Source: Phycisphaerae bacterium (GTDB taxonomy: Bacteria > Planctomycetota > Phycisphaerae > Phycisphaerales > UBA1924). Taken from it: a DNA stretch of 26,069 bases. The notes beneath the pieces are model-generated. The model was not told the origin of the DNA, ran no database searches, and worked only from the letters and a program-made list of their open reading frames with translations. Both the position numbers and the translations under genes were made by a program. Location of the stretch: contig JBGPGM010000001.1 of assembly GCA_041483855.1 (NCBI GenBank), forward strand, positions 1 through 26,069, given 5' to 3'. This document shows positions 16,644 through 24,166 of the stretch, one piece after another. Every line of letters begins with the position of its first letter. Positions within the stretch are counted from its first letter, which is position 1.

Positions 16644-17201
16644 GTGCGCCCTGGATCGCGACCCTCTCGGAGCCGTCCCACGATCAACGCCCAACGACTC
16701 ATCGATCGCCTGAACTACTTCGGCCCAGCGCTGGGCCGCGTGGTCGCGTGCGTGACGCCCGAGGAGGCGCGGTTCAAACCGCCCACCGGGGCCTGGTCGA
16801 TCCTCGAGATCATCAACCACCTGGCCGACGAGGAGGTCGACGACTTCCGCCGTCGGCTGGAGTTGATCCTGCGCGACCCGGCGCTGCCATGGCCGCCGAT
16901 CGATCCCGAGGGCGTCGCCGCCGCGCGTCAGTACAACCAGCAGGACCTGGACGAGTCGGTGGACCGCTTCATGCGCCAGCGGGCCGAGTCGGTGCGCTGG
17001 CTGCGCTCGCTCGGCCGAGTCGATTGGGCCGCGGAGCACGCGCACCCGACGGCGGGCCCGATCTCGACGGGCGATCTGCTGGCGTCCTGGGCCGCCCACG
17101 ACGCGCTGCACCTGCGCCAGATCGCCAAGCGCCTGCACGAACTGGCGGGGCGCGACGCGCCGGGATTCCAGACCGCGTACGCGGGCCAGTGGGGGCCTTG
17201 A
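16644..17201 (+). CDS. DinB/DUF664-superfamily four-helix metalloprotein (DinB_2-like; not DNA polymerase IV)
   Basis: WSILEIINHLADEE and AAHDALHLRQI give the His triad. Start uncertain: GTG 16644 or ATC 16683. Confidence 0.85.
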   Translation: MRPGSRPSRSRPTINAQRLIDRLNYFGPALGRVVACVTPEEARFKPPTGAWSILEIINHLADEEVDDFRRRLELILRDPALPWPPIDPEGVAAARQYNQQDLDESVDRFMRQRAESVRWLRSLGRVDWAAEHAHPTAGPISTGDLLASWAAHDALHLRQIAKRLHELAGRDAPGFQTAYAGQWGP

Positions 17202-17340
17202 GGGCGCGGGGCGGCGCGCACCCGGCCGGCGCATCGACCGGACCAAGCGACGACGCACGCGGAAGAGGAGCCTCCCGCGTGCGTCACCACGGATTTCGAT
17301 GTCGAACGCCCCAGCCCGCCCGGTCCGTGTCTACCCCCGA

Positions 17341-17955
17341 TCAGTACTTGCGCAAGACGCTGCGGACGATGCCCTGGATGCGGCAGTCCTTCACGTAGAT
17401 CGGCTTGAACTCGGGGTTGGCGGGTTGCAGCCGGACACGGTCCGCCTCGCGGAAGAACGTCTTGAGCGTCGTCTCGCCGTTGGGCAGCAGGGCGACGACC
17501 CGGTCGCCGTTGGCGGCCACGTCCGTGCGCTCCACGAGGATGTAGTCGCCGTCAAGGATCCCCTCGTCGCGCATCGATTCGCCGGTCACGCGCAGAGCGA
17601 AGATGGCGCCGGGGCGACCGGGGCGCGGGCCGACGATGTCGAGCAGGTCCAGTTCGTCGTGGTCCTCGACCTTCTCGATCGGGTAGCCCGCCGCGATCTT
17701 GCCCACCAGCGGGAAGTGCATCGGCCGCGACTCGTCCGGCACGGCCACGCCGTCAGCAATCGACAAAGAGCGCGCCTTGTTGGGCTCGCGCACGAGCGCG
17801 CCCTTCTTGATGAGCGCCTCGACGTGCTCGAAGACGGTCACCTTGCTCACGCCGATCTCGTCGGCGAGTTCCTGCATGGTTGGCGAGTAGCCACGCCGCA
17901 CGCGGCAATCCCGGATAAGCCGCAGGATCTTCAACTGCTTGGGGGTCAGGTTCAT
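17341..17955 (-). CDS. lexA: SOS repressor LexA
   Basis: Winged HTH (LTPKQLKIL...GYSPTMQELAD), cleavage site GKIAAG-YP, catalytic Ser (GESM) and Lys (TTLK). SD GGAGG 9 nt upstream. Confidence 0.96.
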   Translation of the reverse strand: MNLTPKQLKILRLIRDCRVRRGYSPTMQELADEIGVSKVTVFEHVEALIKKGALVREPNKARSLSIADGVAVPDESRPMHFPLVGKIAAGYPIEKVEDHDELDLLDIVGPRPGRPGAIFALRVTGESMRDEGILDGDYILVERTDVAANGDRVVALLPNGETTLKTFFREADRVRLQPANPEFKPIYVKDCRIQGIVRSVLRKY

Positions 17956-18544
17956 CGTGTGTTCCCTCCGTGTGGGTAATGGTTCGTGCCGGGGTCATGG
18001 CCCCTCGAATCTCGTCCGTCCTGTCAGGGCCGGCGCTGCGCATCGCTCGCGCCAGGCCCAGCGTCCGTCGCAGTGCACCCGCCTGGTCCGCTTGCAGACG
18101 CTCCGCCGCGAGCAGGGCGCCGGCACGCGCGGCTAACTGCGAGACCTCAAGGGTGTCAACCGTCGACCCCCCTGTAAACCCTCCGTTCACCCTGATTTTG
18201 TTTGCATCCGTACTTGTCGCGGACACGGCCGATGTTTGGACCGCACGAAGAGCCCCCGCCGAAATCTCGGCTCGGTCGAAGCGCCCGCCCATCGTCCGGC
18301 TGTCGGCGACCCGTTCATAACCCAAATCATCCGTGGTCCCCTGACCGCCTCGCCGCATGTCCCTCTGACCGGTGCCGGGCCCTTCCGACGATGCCCAGCC
18401 TGCCGTCCCATTCTTATCCTGACCGCCGGACGCAGAAGTCGGCGCACCGGCCGCTCCGCGAGCGATCTTGCCATCCGGCATCACGTCGTAGGTCGTCACG
18501 AAGTCACCGCCCGGACCGAGTTTGATGAGCGTTTGGGTCAGCAT
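17753..18544 (-). CDS. Hypothetical protein upstream of and overlapping lexA (MLTQTLIKLGPGGDFVTTYDV...)
   Basis: ATG 18544 has GGAGG 11 nt upstream. First ~27 codons and a later helical segment (LAARAGALLAAERLQADQAGALRRTLGLARAMR) are GC3-rich. The frame has no stop before lexA and overlaps it by 203 bp, so the true 3' end is doubtful. Confidence 0.4.
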   Translation of the reverse strand: MLTQTLIKLGPGGDFVTTYDVMPDGKIARGAAGAPTSASGGQDKNGTAGWASSEGPGTGQRDMRRGGQGTTDDLGYERVADSRTMGGRFDRAEISAGALRAVQTSAVSATSTDANKIRVNGGFTGGSTVDTLEVSQLAARAGALLAAERLQADQAGALRRTLGLARAMRSAGPDRTDEIRGAMTPARTITHTEGTHDEPDPQAVEDPAAYPGLPRAAWLLANHAGTRRRDRREQGDRLRARRGAHQEGRARARAQQGALFVDC

Positions 18545-18564
18545 GGGTCGTGGCGCCTCCCGGG

Positions 18565-18582
18565 TGTTCCTAAGGCTGTACG
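18565..18582. repeat. Direct repeat copy 1, TGTTC(C)TAAGGCT(G/A)TACG
   Basis: tgttcctaaggctgtacg, immediately 5' (minus strand) of the SD of ORF 18544. Second copy at 18830-18846. Confidence 0.55.
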
Positions 18583-18750
18583 AACAGCCTCGGACGCGCC
18601 GCACACGCGGCCATCCTTGGTCCTCGGGTTCCACCCCTTGTGGTAGCATCCTGTCGGTCCACGACAGGTTGAGCCTGCGTCGGCTTGGGGTTGTTGATCG
18701 ACCAGCACTTCGGTAGTCCCGCACTTTCAGTGGATCCATCTGTTTGGATT

Positions 18751-18779
18751 AAGATAGCCGATCATCGTCCACACGGCAA
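18751..18779 (-). promoter_or_regulatory. Sigma70-type promoter candidate TTGCCG-N17-TATCTT
   Basis: Minus strand: -35 TTGCCG at 18779-18774, 17-bp spacer, -10 TATCTT at 18756-18751. Lies in an AT-rich patch and points toward ORF 18544 and lexA. Confidence 0.55.
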
Positions 18780-18829
18780 GTCAATGAACTCTTTTTTTCA
18801 ACAGAATTTTGTCAGACCTCGATCTCCCC

Positions 18830-18846
18830 TGTTCTAAGGCTATACG
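18830..18846. repeat. Direct repeat copy 2, TGTTCTAAGGCTATACG
   Basis: Differs from copy 1 by a 1-nt indel and one substitution. Confidence 0.55.
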
Positions 18847-18862
18847 GTAGGCGGGCGGGCGC

Positions 18863-18900
18863 TGTTCGTGCGAATCCTCAGCCCGTCGTTCGATCGAGCA
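18863..18900. promoter_or_regulatory. Two imperfect TGTTC-N4-GAACA-like palindromes (candidate LexA boxes)
   Basis: TGTTC-gtgc-GAATC (18863-18876) and CGTTC-gatc-GAGCA (18887-18900), each matching 8 of 10 consensus positions. Confidence 0.35.
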
Positions 18901-18924
18901 TCGGTCATATCTCATTACACCACA

Positions 18925-20142
18925 TCAAGTTACGCGCGAGAGCCGCGTCCCGTGCCGCTGTATTCGCCGCTTGATCTCCAGCACCGTCACCTCCGCTCTC
19001 ACCGATGCCGGCTCGCTCCCGACCTCGCGTGCCAGCTCGTCCATCGTGCGCGGCTCGTCCAACGCGGCCAGGATGGCCCGTTGGCTGGGCGTCAGGGATC
19101 CGTCCCGAACTGCGCGATCCCCCTCGGCCACCTGGTCCGGCGTCGCCGCCGGTCCCCTGTCGGCGGCGAAGAGGCTCTCGGGCTGGCGCGACGGGTCGGT
19201 TGTCACCGCCGCGTGCGTGCCGTCGAAATGGTGGCGCGCGGGCGATTCCAGCGTATCGATGATGTCGGCCGGGTGAGTCACCAGCAAGGCCCCACCCCTC
19301 TTGATCAGGTCCAGCGAGCCCTCGGCGCTGGGCGAATCCACGCGGGCGGGGAGAGCGAAGACCTCGCGCCCGTGATCCTCCGCGGCCAGGCGCGCTGTGA
19401 TCAGCGCCCCCGACCGTCGCCCCGCCTCGACGACCAGAACGCCCAGGCACAGACCGGAGATGATGCGGTTGCGGGCGGGGAAGTTCTCGGCCACGGGCGC
19501 CGTCCGCAGGGGCAGTTCGGAAATCACCGCGCCGGCGCCGGCGCAGATCTGCGCGAATAGCGGCTCGTTCTCGGGCGGGTAGCTCATGGCCAGACCGCAG
19601 CCGAGGACGGCGACGGTCCGCCCCTGGGCCCGCAGCGCCCTGCGGTGCGCGCCCGTGTCGATGCCGCGGGCGCCGCCTGAGACCACGCACAGGCCCGCCT
19701 GGGCCAGGTGGAGGCCGAACCGCTCGGCCTGCTCTCGCCCGTAGTGGGAACAGGATCGCGAGCCGACAACGGCGATCGGGTACCGATCCGCCCCCGGGGC
19801 GTCGAGCGCCCCCTTTGTGTACAGCACCGGCGGCGGGTCCGGGATCTGCGCCAGCAGCGCCGGATACTGCGGCTGACCCAAACCGATGAGCGCTACCCCC
19901 AGCGAGTCCGCTAGGGCAATCTCGGCGTCGGCCAGCGCCTCGGAGGCCTGGATCCCGTCGCGGATCTCCTGGGCCTTGTCGCGCCCAATGCCGCGCAGTT
20001 CCTTCAACTGCGCGCCGGGTGCTTCCAGCACGGCCCTGGCCGATCCGAACGCGGTCACCGCGCGCCCGATGAGTACCGGCCCGAGACCGGGCGTGAGCGT
20101 GAGCCGCAACAGATCACGTGTACTGGGATCGATGTTGGGCAT
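18925..20142 (-). CDS. dprA: DNA-processing protein DprA (Smf)
   Basis: LTLTPGLGP, YPALLAQIPDPPPVLY, IAVVGSR, VVSGGARGIDTGAH, FPARNRIISGL and VVEAGRRSGALITA, plus a C-terminal winged helix. Start moved to ATG 20142 because the longer ORF would overlap the divergent deaminase. Confidence 0.96.
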   Translation of the reverse strand: MPNIDPSTRDLLRLTLTPGLGPVLIGRAVTAFGSARAVLEAPGAQLKELRGIGRDKAQEIRDGIQASEALADAEIALADSLGVALIGLGQPQYPALLAQIPDPPPVLYTKGALDAPGADRYPIAVVGSRSCSHYGREQAERFGLHLAQAGLCVVSGGARGIDTGAHRRALRAQGRTVAVLGCGLAMSYPPENEPLFAQICAGAGAVISELPLRTAPVAENFPARNRIISGLCLGVLVVEAGRRSGALITARLAAEDHGREVFALPARVDSPSAEGSLDLIKRGGALLVTHPADIIDTLESPARHHFDGTHAAVTTDPSRQPESLFAADRGPAATPDQVAEGDRAVRDGSLTPSQRAILAALDEPRTMDELAREVGSEPASVRAEVTVLEIKRRIQRHGTRLSRVT

Positions 20143-20150
20143 CTGGTAGG

Positions 20151-20159
20151 AGTCTATCA
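20151..20159 (-). promoter_or_regulatory. Extended -10 (TG-A-TAGACT) 8 nt before the dprA ATG; probable leaderless transcript
   Basis: Minus strand gtgatagactcctaccagATG; no SD present. Confidence 0.45.
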
Positions 20160-20198
20160 CGGTTCGGGTGGACGGGCGAGGCGTGGCATAACGCTCGC

Positions 20199-20669
20199 AT
20201 GGATCAAGAGGCAATGGACCGGCTGGCCCTTGAGGCCGCGTTCGGCCAGGCGCTCAAGTCCGAGCTGGAGGGGGGGATTCCGATCGGATCAGCGTTGGTG
20301 AGCCCGCACGGGCTGGTGGTGGCGCTCGGGCACAACCAGCGGGTGCAGTCCGGCGACCCGACCGCCCACGCCGAAATGGTGTGCATCCGCAACGCGGGCC
20401 GGCGGCGCGACTGGCATACGCTCATCCTGGCCTCGACGCTCAGCCCGTGCGCCATGTGCTCAGGAACGGCGGTGCTGCACCGGATTCGGCGCGTGGTGAT
20501 CGGCGAGAGCCGGACGTTCCAGGGGCGCGAGGATTGGTTGCACGAGTCGGGGGCCGACGTGCGGGTGCTGGATGACCCGCGCTGCGTGCAAGTGATGGAG
20601 CGATTCATCCGGGCGCACCCGGACCTGTGGGACGAGGACATCGGCGCGCCGCCCGTGGACCGAGGTTGA
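20199..20669 (+). CDS. Zinc-dependent nucleoside/cytosine deaminase (Fcy1-like)
   Basis: HAE and TLSPCAMC zinc motifs, EGGIPIGS, RVVIGESRTF and WDEDIG resemble fungal-type cytosine deaminases. Start at ATG 20199. Confidence 0.88.
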   Translation: MDQEAMDRLALEAAFGQALKSELEGGIPIGSALVSPHGLVVALGHNQRVQSGDPTAHAEMVCIRNAGRRRDWHTLILASTLSPCAMCSGTAVLHRIRRVVIGESRTFQGREDWLHESGADVRVLDDPRCVQVMERFIRAHPDLWDEDIGAPPVDRG

Positions 20670-20739
20670 TCAGGCCGGCGGGACGGCGCCGAAAGTGTGG
20701 ATGGCCGGGCGGAACGCGCCCGATGAACTGGACGTGCTC

Positions 20740-22197
20740 ATGCGAGATTGGTTGCGTGTTCTGGAACAGAGGCCGTCCTACCTGGCGTGGAGCGCCGTCG
20801 GGCTGTTCCTGGCCGTGACCGCCCTGCTCTGCGTCTCGCTGGTATCGTGCCGGACGGGTGACAAGGGCGGCTCCCGCGGCGCGTCCGGCGCGCCGGCCAC
20901 GCCAAGGCCGCCGGCGGTCGTCTTCGCGCTCAGCGGCATCGCGGGCGAGCCGATCATGCGGGTTCGCGTCGGCGCGGCGGTGGACACGGCGGTATTCACC
21001 GGCCCCAGCGAGCTCACCATCAGCCCCGCCTCGGGCGATTCCGCCGCGCCGCCAGCCGTCGCGTCAATCCCGCCGCTGACCGTCACGCTGGGGGCCGACG
21101 GCTGGCACGTCAAGGACGGCACCGGCGCAGTCACGACTTGGGCGCGCGCCGGCGACCTCCAGGTGGGCGTCGAGATCGCTCCGGGCGACCGGACCCTCGA
21201 CACCGAACTGGTCGGGTACAACGGCGTGCGGTACCCCGGACAGATGAGGCTTAGCGCTCGCTCGGATGTCAATGATCGCGCCTACGACGTGATCGAATAC
21301 CTGCCGCTGGAGGACTACCTGCCGGGGGTCGTCTCCAAGGAAATGTACAAGGACTGGCCGCAGACGGCCTACGAGGCGCAGGCCGTGTGCGCCCGCACCT
21401 ATGCGTTGCACGAGCGGCTGCGGGCGATCGGGGCGCGCCGGCCGTTCGACGTCGAGGCCACGACCCAGGACCAGGCTTACGGCGGAGTGAACCACAACGG
21501 GGTCGTGGGCGCGGCGGTGGCGGCGACCCGCGGCATGGTGCTCGTCTTCCGCGGCCAGGTGTTGCGGGCGTACTACTCGAGCACGTGCGGGGGGCGTGCC
21601 GGTTCGGCGCGGGATACGTGGCCGATCACCCCCGGGTACGAGTTCAACCTGGCCGAGCCGATCCAGGCGCACGAGCGAGACCATTTTTGCCAGTCCTCGC
21701 CGAACTACCGCTGGAGCGTGGTGCGCGACCGATCGGAACTCGTCAAGCGCCTGCGGGCCTACGCCGAGAAGAACGGGCTGATGGTGCGCCAGGTCAAGGA
21801 CCTCCAGACGATCGAGATGAGCCAGGCGAACTCCGTCGGCCGGCCGATCGAGTACCGGGTGACCGAGCCGGGGGGACGGTGGTTCAGCGTGAAAGCGGAG
21901 GACCTGCGCCTGGCGTGCAACCAGCACGTGGATGGGTTGGCGGATGTGACGAACAAGACCCGCGTGCGGAGTGGGGACATCGAGTTTGCGATCGAGCCGC
22001 CGAAGGCCGCGCCGGCCGGCAAGCCGCGCAGGTCGGGCGTGGGCGGTGGGGGAGCGGTGACGATCAGCGGGCGCGGGTCCGGGCACGGGGTGGGGATGTG
22101 CCAGTTCTGCACCAAGACAATGGCCGACGGCGGGCGCGATTGGCGGACCATCGTGCGGTCGTTCTACCCCGGTGCCGACCTCGTCCGGGCCTACTGA
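20740..22197 (+). CDS. SpoIID/LytB-domain protein (membrane-anchored or lipoprotein lytic transglycosylase)
   Basis: Hydrophobic N-terminus ending LVSC. EDYLPGVVSKEM (catalytic Glu), AYEAQAVCARTYA, DQAYGG, YYSSTCGG and GHGVGMCQ...FYPG. Start could instead be 20701. Confidence 0.9.
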   Translation: MRDWLRVLEQRPSYLAWSAVGLFLAVTALLCVSLVSCRTGDKGGSRGASGAPATPRPPAVVFALSGIAGEPIMRVRVGAAVDTAVFTGPSELTISPASGDSAAPPAVASIPPLTVTLGADGWHVKDGTGAVTTWARAGDLQVGVEIAPGDRTLDTELVGYNGVRYPGQMRLSARSDVNDRAYDVIEYLPLEDYLPGVVSKEMYKDWPQTAYEAQAVCARTYALHERLRAIGARRPFDVEATTQDQAYGGVNHNGVVGAAVAATRGMVLVFRGQVLRAYYSSTCGGRAGSARDTWPITPGYEFNLAEPIQAHERDHFCQSSPNYRWSVVRDRSELVKRLRAYAEKNGLMVRQVKDLQTIEMSQANSVGRPIEYRVTEPGGRWFSVKAEDLRLACNQHVDGLADVTNKTRVRSGDIEFAIEPPKAAPAGKPRRSGVGGGGAVTISGRGSGHGVGMCQFCTKTMADGGRDWRTIVRSFYPGADLVRAY

Positions 22198-22235
22198 GTC
22201 GGCCGCCGCGCTCCCTTCAATCCTCCCACCGCCGG

Positions 22236-22451
22236 CCCCGGCCGCCAGACGGGCAACGCGAGTTCCAGCGTGTCCTCATGCACGTCGGTCAGGTGGATGG
22301 ACAGGTCCACCATCTGCGTCTGCGGCGCGGATAGCGAGACCGTGTACCCGACGGGAGCGGGCGCTGTGGGCGGGGCAGGAGTTGGGGCGTTCATCGCTTC
22401 CTCGGCATGGGCGATGGGTGCGGCAGCGACACAGGCGCACAGAAGGACCAT
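22236..22451 (-). pseudogene. Remnant of a secreted M61 (glycyl aminopeptidase)-like gene: signal peptide plus first ~50 residues only
   Basis: MVLLCACVAAAPIAHA (signal peptide-like), then VGYTVSLSAPQTQMVDLSI...LELALPVWRPG, the N-terminal pattern of M61 peptidases. It breaks into unrelated sequence and stops 14 codons later. Confidence 0.6.
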
Positions 22452-22454
22452 CAG

Positions 22455-22874
22455 CCCCGTCATTTGCCTGATGAGCCGGTCCAAGGCATCGGGCACGGGC
22501 ATCACACTCAATCGCGGCAGGCGGAGCAGATCGAAGCCGGCAAACCGGCGATCCGCCTTGAGGGTGGCCAGTGACAGCGGGCGCGGCGCGCCCTTGCACG
22601 GGACGATGTCAACGACGGCGAACCTGGGTTCGCCCTTGGCGTTGAGCCCGGGCTGGGCCGGGTCCTGGTATGGGTTGCCGGTGACGGCGGCCAGGCCCAC
22701 GATGGCCCGCTCATCGCCGGTGTGGTAGATCAGGGCTTCATCGCCCTCGCGCATGCGCCGCAGGTGCATCAGCGCGGTGTTGTTCGTGACGCCGGTCCAC
22801 GCGGCCCGCTTCTCGCGGACGAGGTCGGCGAAGGCGTACTCGCCGGGTTCGGTCTTGAGCAGGACTGTCGCCAT
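22455..22874 (-). CDS. EVE-domain protein (PUA-like); reading frame runs on without a stop to 22191
   Basis: LLKTEP.EYAFADL, WTGVTNNTALMHLRRMREGDEALIYHTG and LLRLPRLSVMPV match EVE. The expected C-terminus (...IRQMTG) has no in-frame stop. Confidence 0.88.
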
Positions 22875-22977
22875 GGGGTAGATCGGGGCCCCGGCGGCGC
22901 CCCCCGGCTGCGCCGCCGAGTTCATGATAGAGGATGAGCCCTATAGGCGGGCCGTGTCAAGGGTGCGAGTCCATCGC

Positions 22978-23922
22978 TCACGAGGCCTCGACGATGAACT
23001 CGCAGCGGGTTTCCAACGATTGACCAGGGTCCAACACGACGGTCCCGGTGCCGCTCTGTCCCTGTTCGTGCAAGTTGAACCCGTCGTTGACCTGGCTCAC
23101 CGGTTCGACGGCGAACCACGGCAGTGGCCCGTCTCGCCCGTCAGCGGCGGGCGCACGCGGCGCGTACACCACCACGTGCCCCAGGTTGGCCGAGCAGTCG
23201 GTCCGCAGGCGCACCCCGCTGGCGGGCCAGTGGATCTCGGCGCGCCCATCCCAGCCGGCGAACACAGCGTCGATCGGTTCATCGGGGAGCGCCCCGCCCG
23301 CGCTCAAGCGCCGGCTGAGCGCGTCGAGCGCCGCCGGCCCTACTGGAAGCTGGTTCTTCGCAGGATATCGCCCCGTGCAGCGGCACCGGACCTCCGCGCC
23401 GTCCAGATCGTTCCACAAGCGGCGCATGAGGTACGGGTGCATCCCGCAGCCGGCAGGCATGGCTTGATGCCCCGCGTTGGCGACACTGACCTGCACGACC
23501 AGCCGGTCGGCGTGCAGTTCATACCGCGCCCCACAGGTGAAGGGAAAGGGGTAGTTCACGGGCTGGTCTGCGGGCGCTCGCCGGCTGTCGAACTCCAGCC
23601 GGGCGCTAATGGGCGTGCGGTCGAGAATCGTCCACGGGCGGCCGCGGACATCCCCGTGAATCGCCGTGCCGTCGCCGGAGGAAGGCCGCAGCCGGTGCTC
23701 GCGCCCGCGGAACCGGAACGCCGCGCCCGCGATGCGGTTGGTCCACGGCGCCATGATGAAGCAGGCCATGGCGCCGGGGGCTTCCTCAGTTCCGGCGGCG
23801 CGGCGCATGATCGGGTAGGCCCAGCGGTTCGGGCCGGTGATCGAAAAGTCGGCAATCGCCGCGCCCAGCCCAGGGTCGATCTCAACGCGCAGCCGTCCGG
23901 CCTGCATGGCGATCCGTCCCAT
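22978..23922 (-). CDS. Aldose 1-epimerase / galactose mutarotase-like protein
   Basis: PWTNRI, AIHG, YPFPF, GCGMHPY and WFAVEP motifs. Start at 23922 or 23907. Confidence 0.88.
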   Translation of the reverse strand: MGRIAMQAGRLRVEIDPGLGAAIADFSITGPNRWAYPIMRRAAGTEEAPGAMACFIMAPWTNRIAGAAFRFRGREHRLRPSSGDGTAIHGDVRGRPWTILDRTPISARLEFDSRRAPADQPVNYPFPFTCGARYELHADRLVVQVSVANAGHQAMPAGCGMHPYLMRRLWNDLDGAEVRCRCTGRYPAKNQLPVGPAALDALSRRLSAGGALPDEPIDAVFAGWDGRAEIHWPASGVRLRTDCSANLGHVVVYAPRAPAADGRDGPLPWFAVEPVSQVNDGFNLHEQGQSGTGTVVLDPGQSLETRCEFIVEAS

Positions 23923-24166
23923 CGCGCACACGATACGGCGTGGGCGGCGCGCCGGTGCGTCGGCGGCGAGCGGTTATCGGTCGTGCATTGGCCGGCTTGC
24001 GGCCGCTGGTCCGGTGGTCCCCTCGTCCGCCCAGGAATGGTCGTCGAGCCATGGACGCCCGTTCAGCACGCCCCCCGAAGGACCGATACATCGACGTGGT
24101 TCCCGGTCCGGTCGGCCACGGCGATGGTGGCCGCGGCGCGGGTCCACAGGACAACGCGGATACGTC

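Noticed and set aside
16644-17201. DinB next to lexA read as SOS polymerase IV
   Set aside because: About 175-185 aa with a His triad; this is the unrelated DinB/DUF664 four-helix superfamily and has no Y-family polymerase motifs.
18600-18925. tRNA or other known structural RNA in the lexA-dprA spacer
   Set aside because: No cloverleaf, T-loop (GTTCRA with matching stem) or CCA arrangement could be built; only short hairpins.
20199-20669. Deaminase as a T6SS toxin (DddA-like)
   Set aside because: Compact Fcy1-type enzyme 4.4 kb from the T6SS block, with its own divergent promoter, no delivery domain and no immunity partner.
20740-22197. SpoIID lytic transglycosylase as the dedicated T6SS cell-wall-opening enzyme
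   Set aside because: Separated from the cluster by unrelated housekeeping genes; nothing in the sequence links them. Not excluded functionally.
22455-22874. EVE domain as part of a modification-dependent restriction/defence system
   Set aside because: No nuclease, ATPase or toxin domain is fused or adjacent; the fused tail is a peptidase remnant.
22931-22960. Perfect TTGACA (minus strand, 22960-22955) as the EVE promoter
   Set aside because: The best -10 hexamers (TATAGG, TATCAT) are 9 and 25 bp away; at 17-18 bp there is only a poor match, so it is not reported as a feature.
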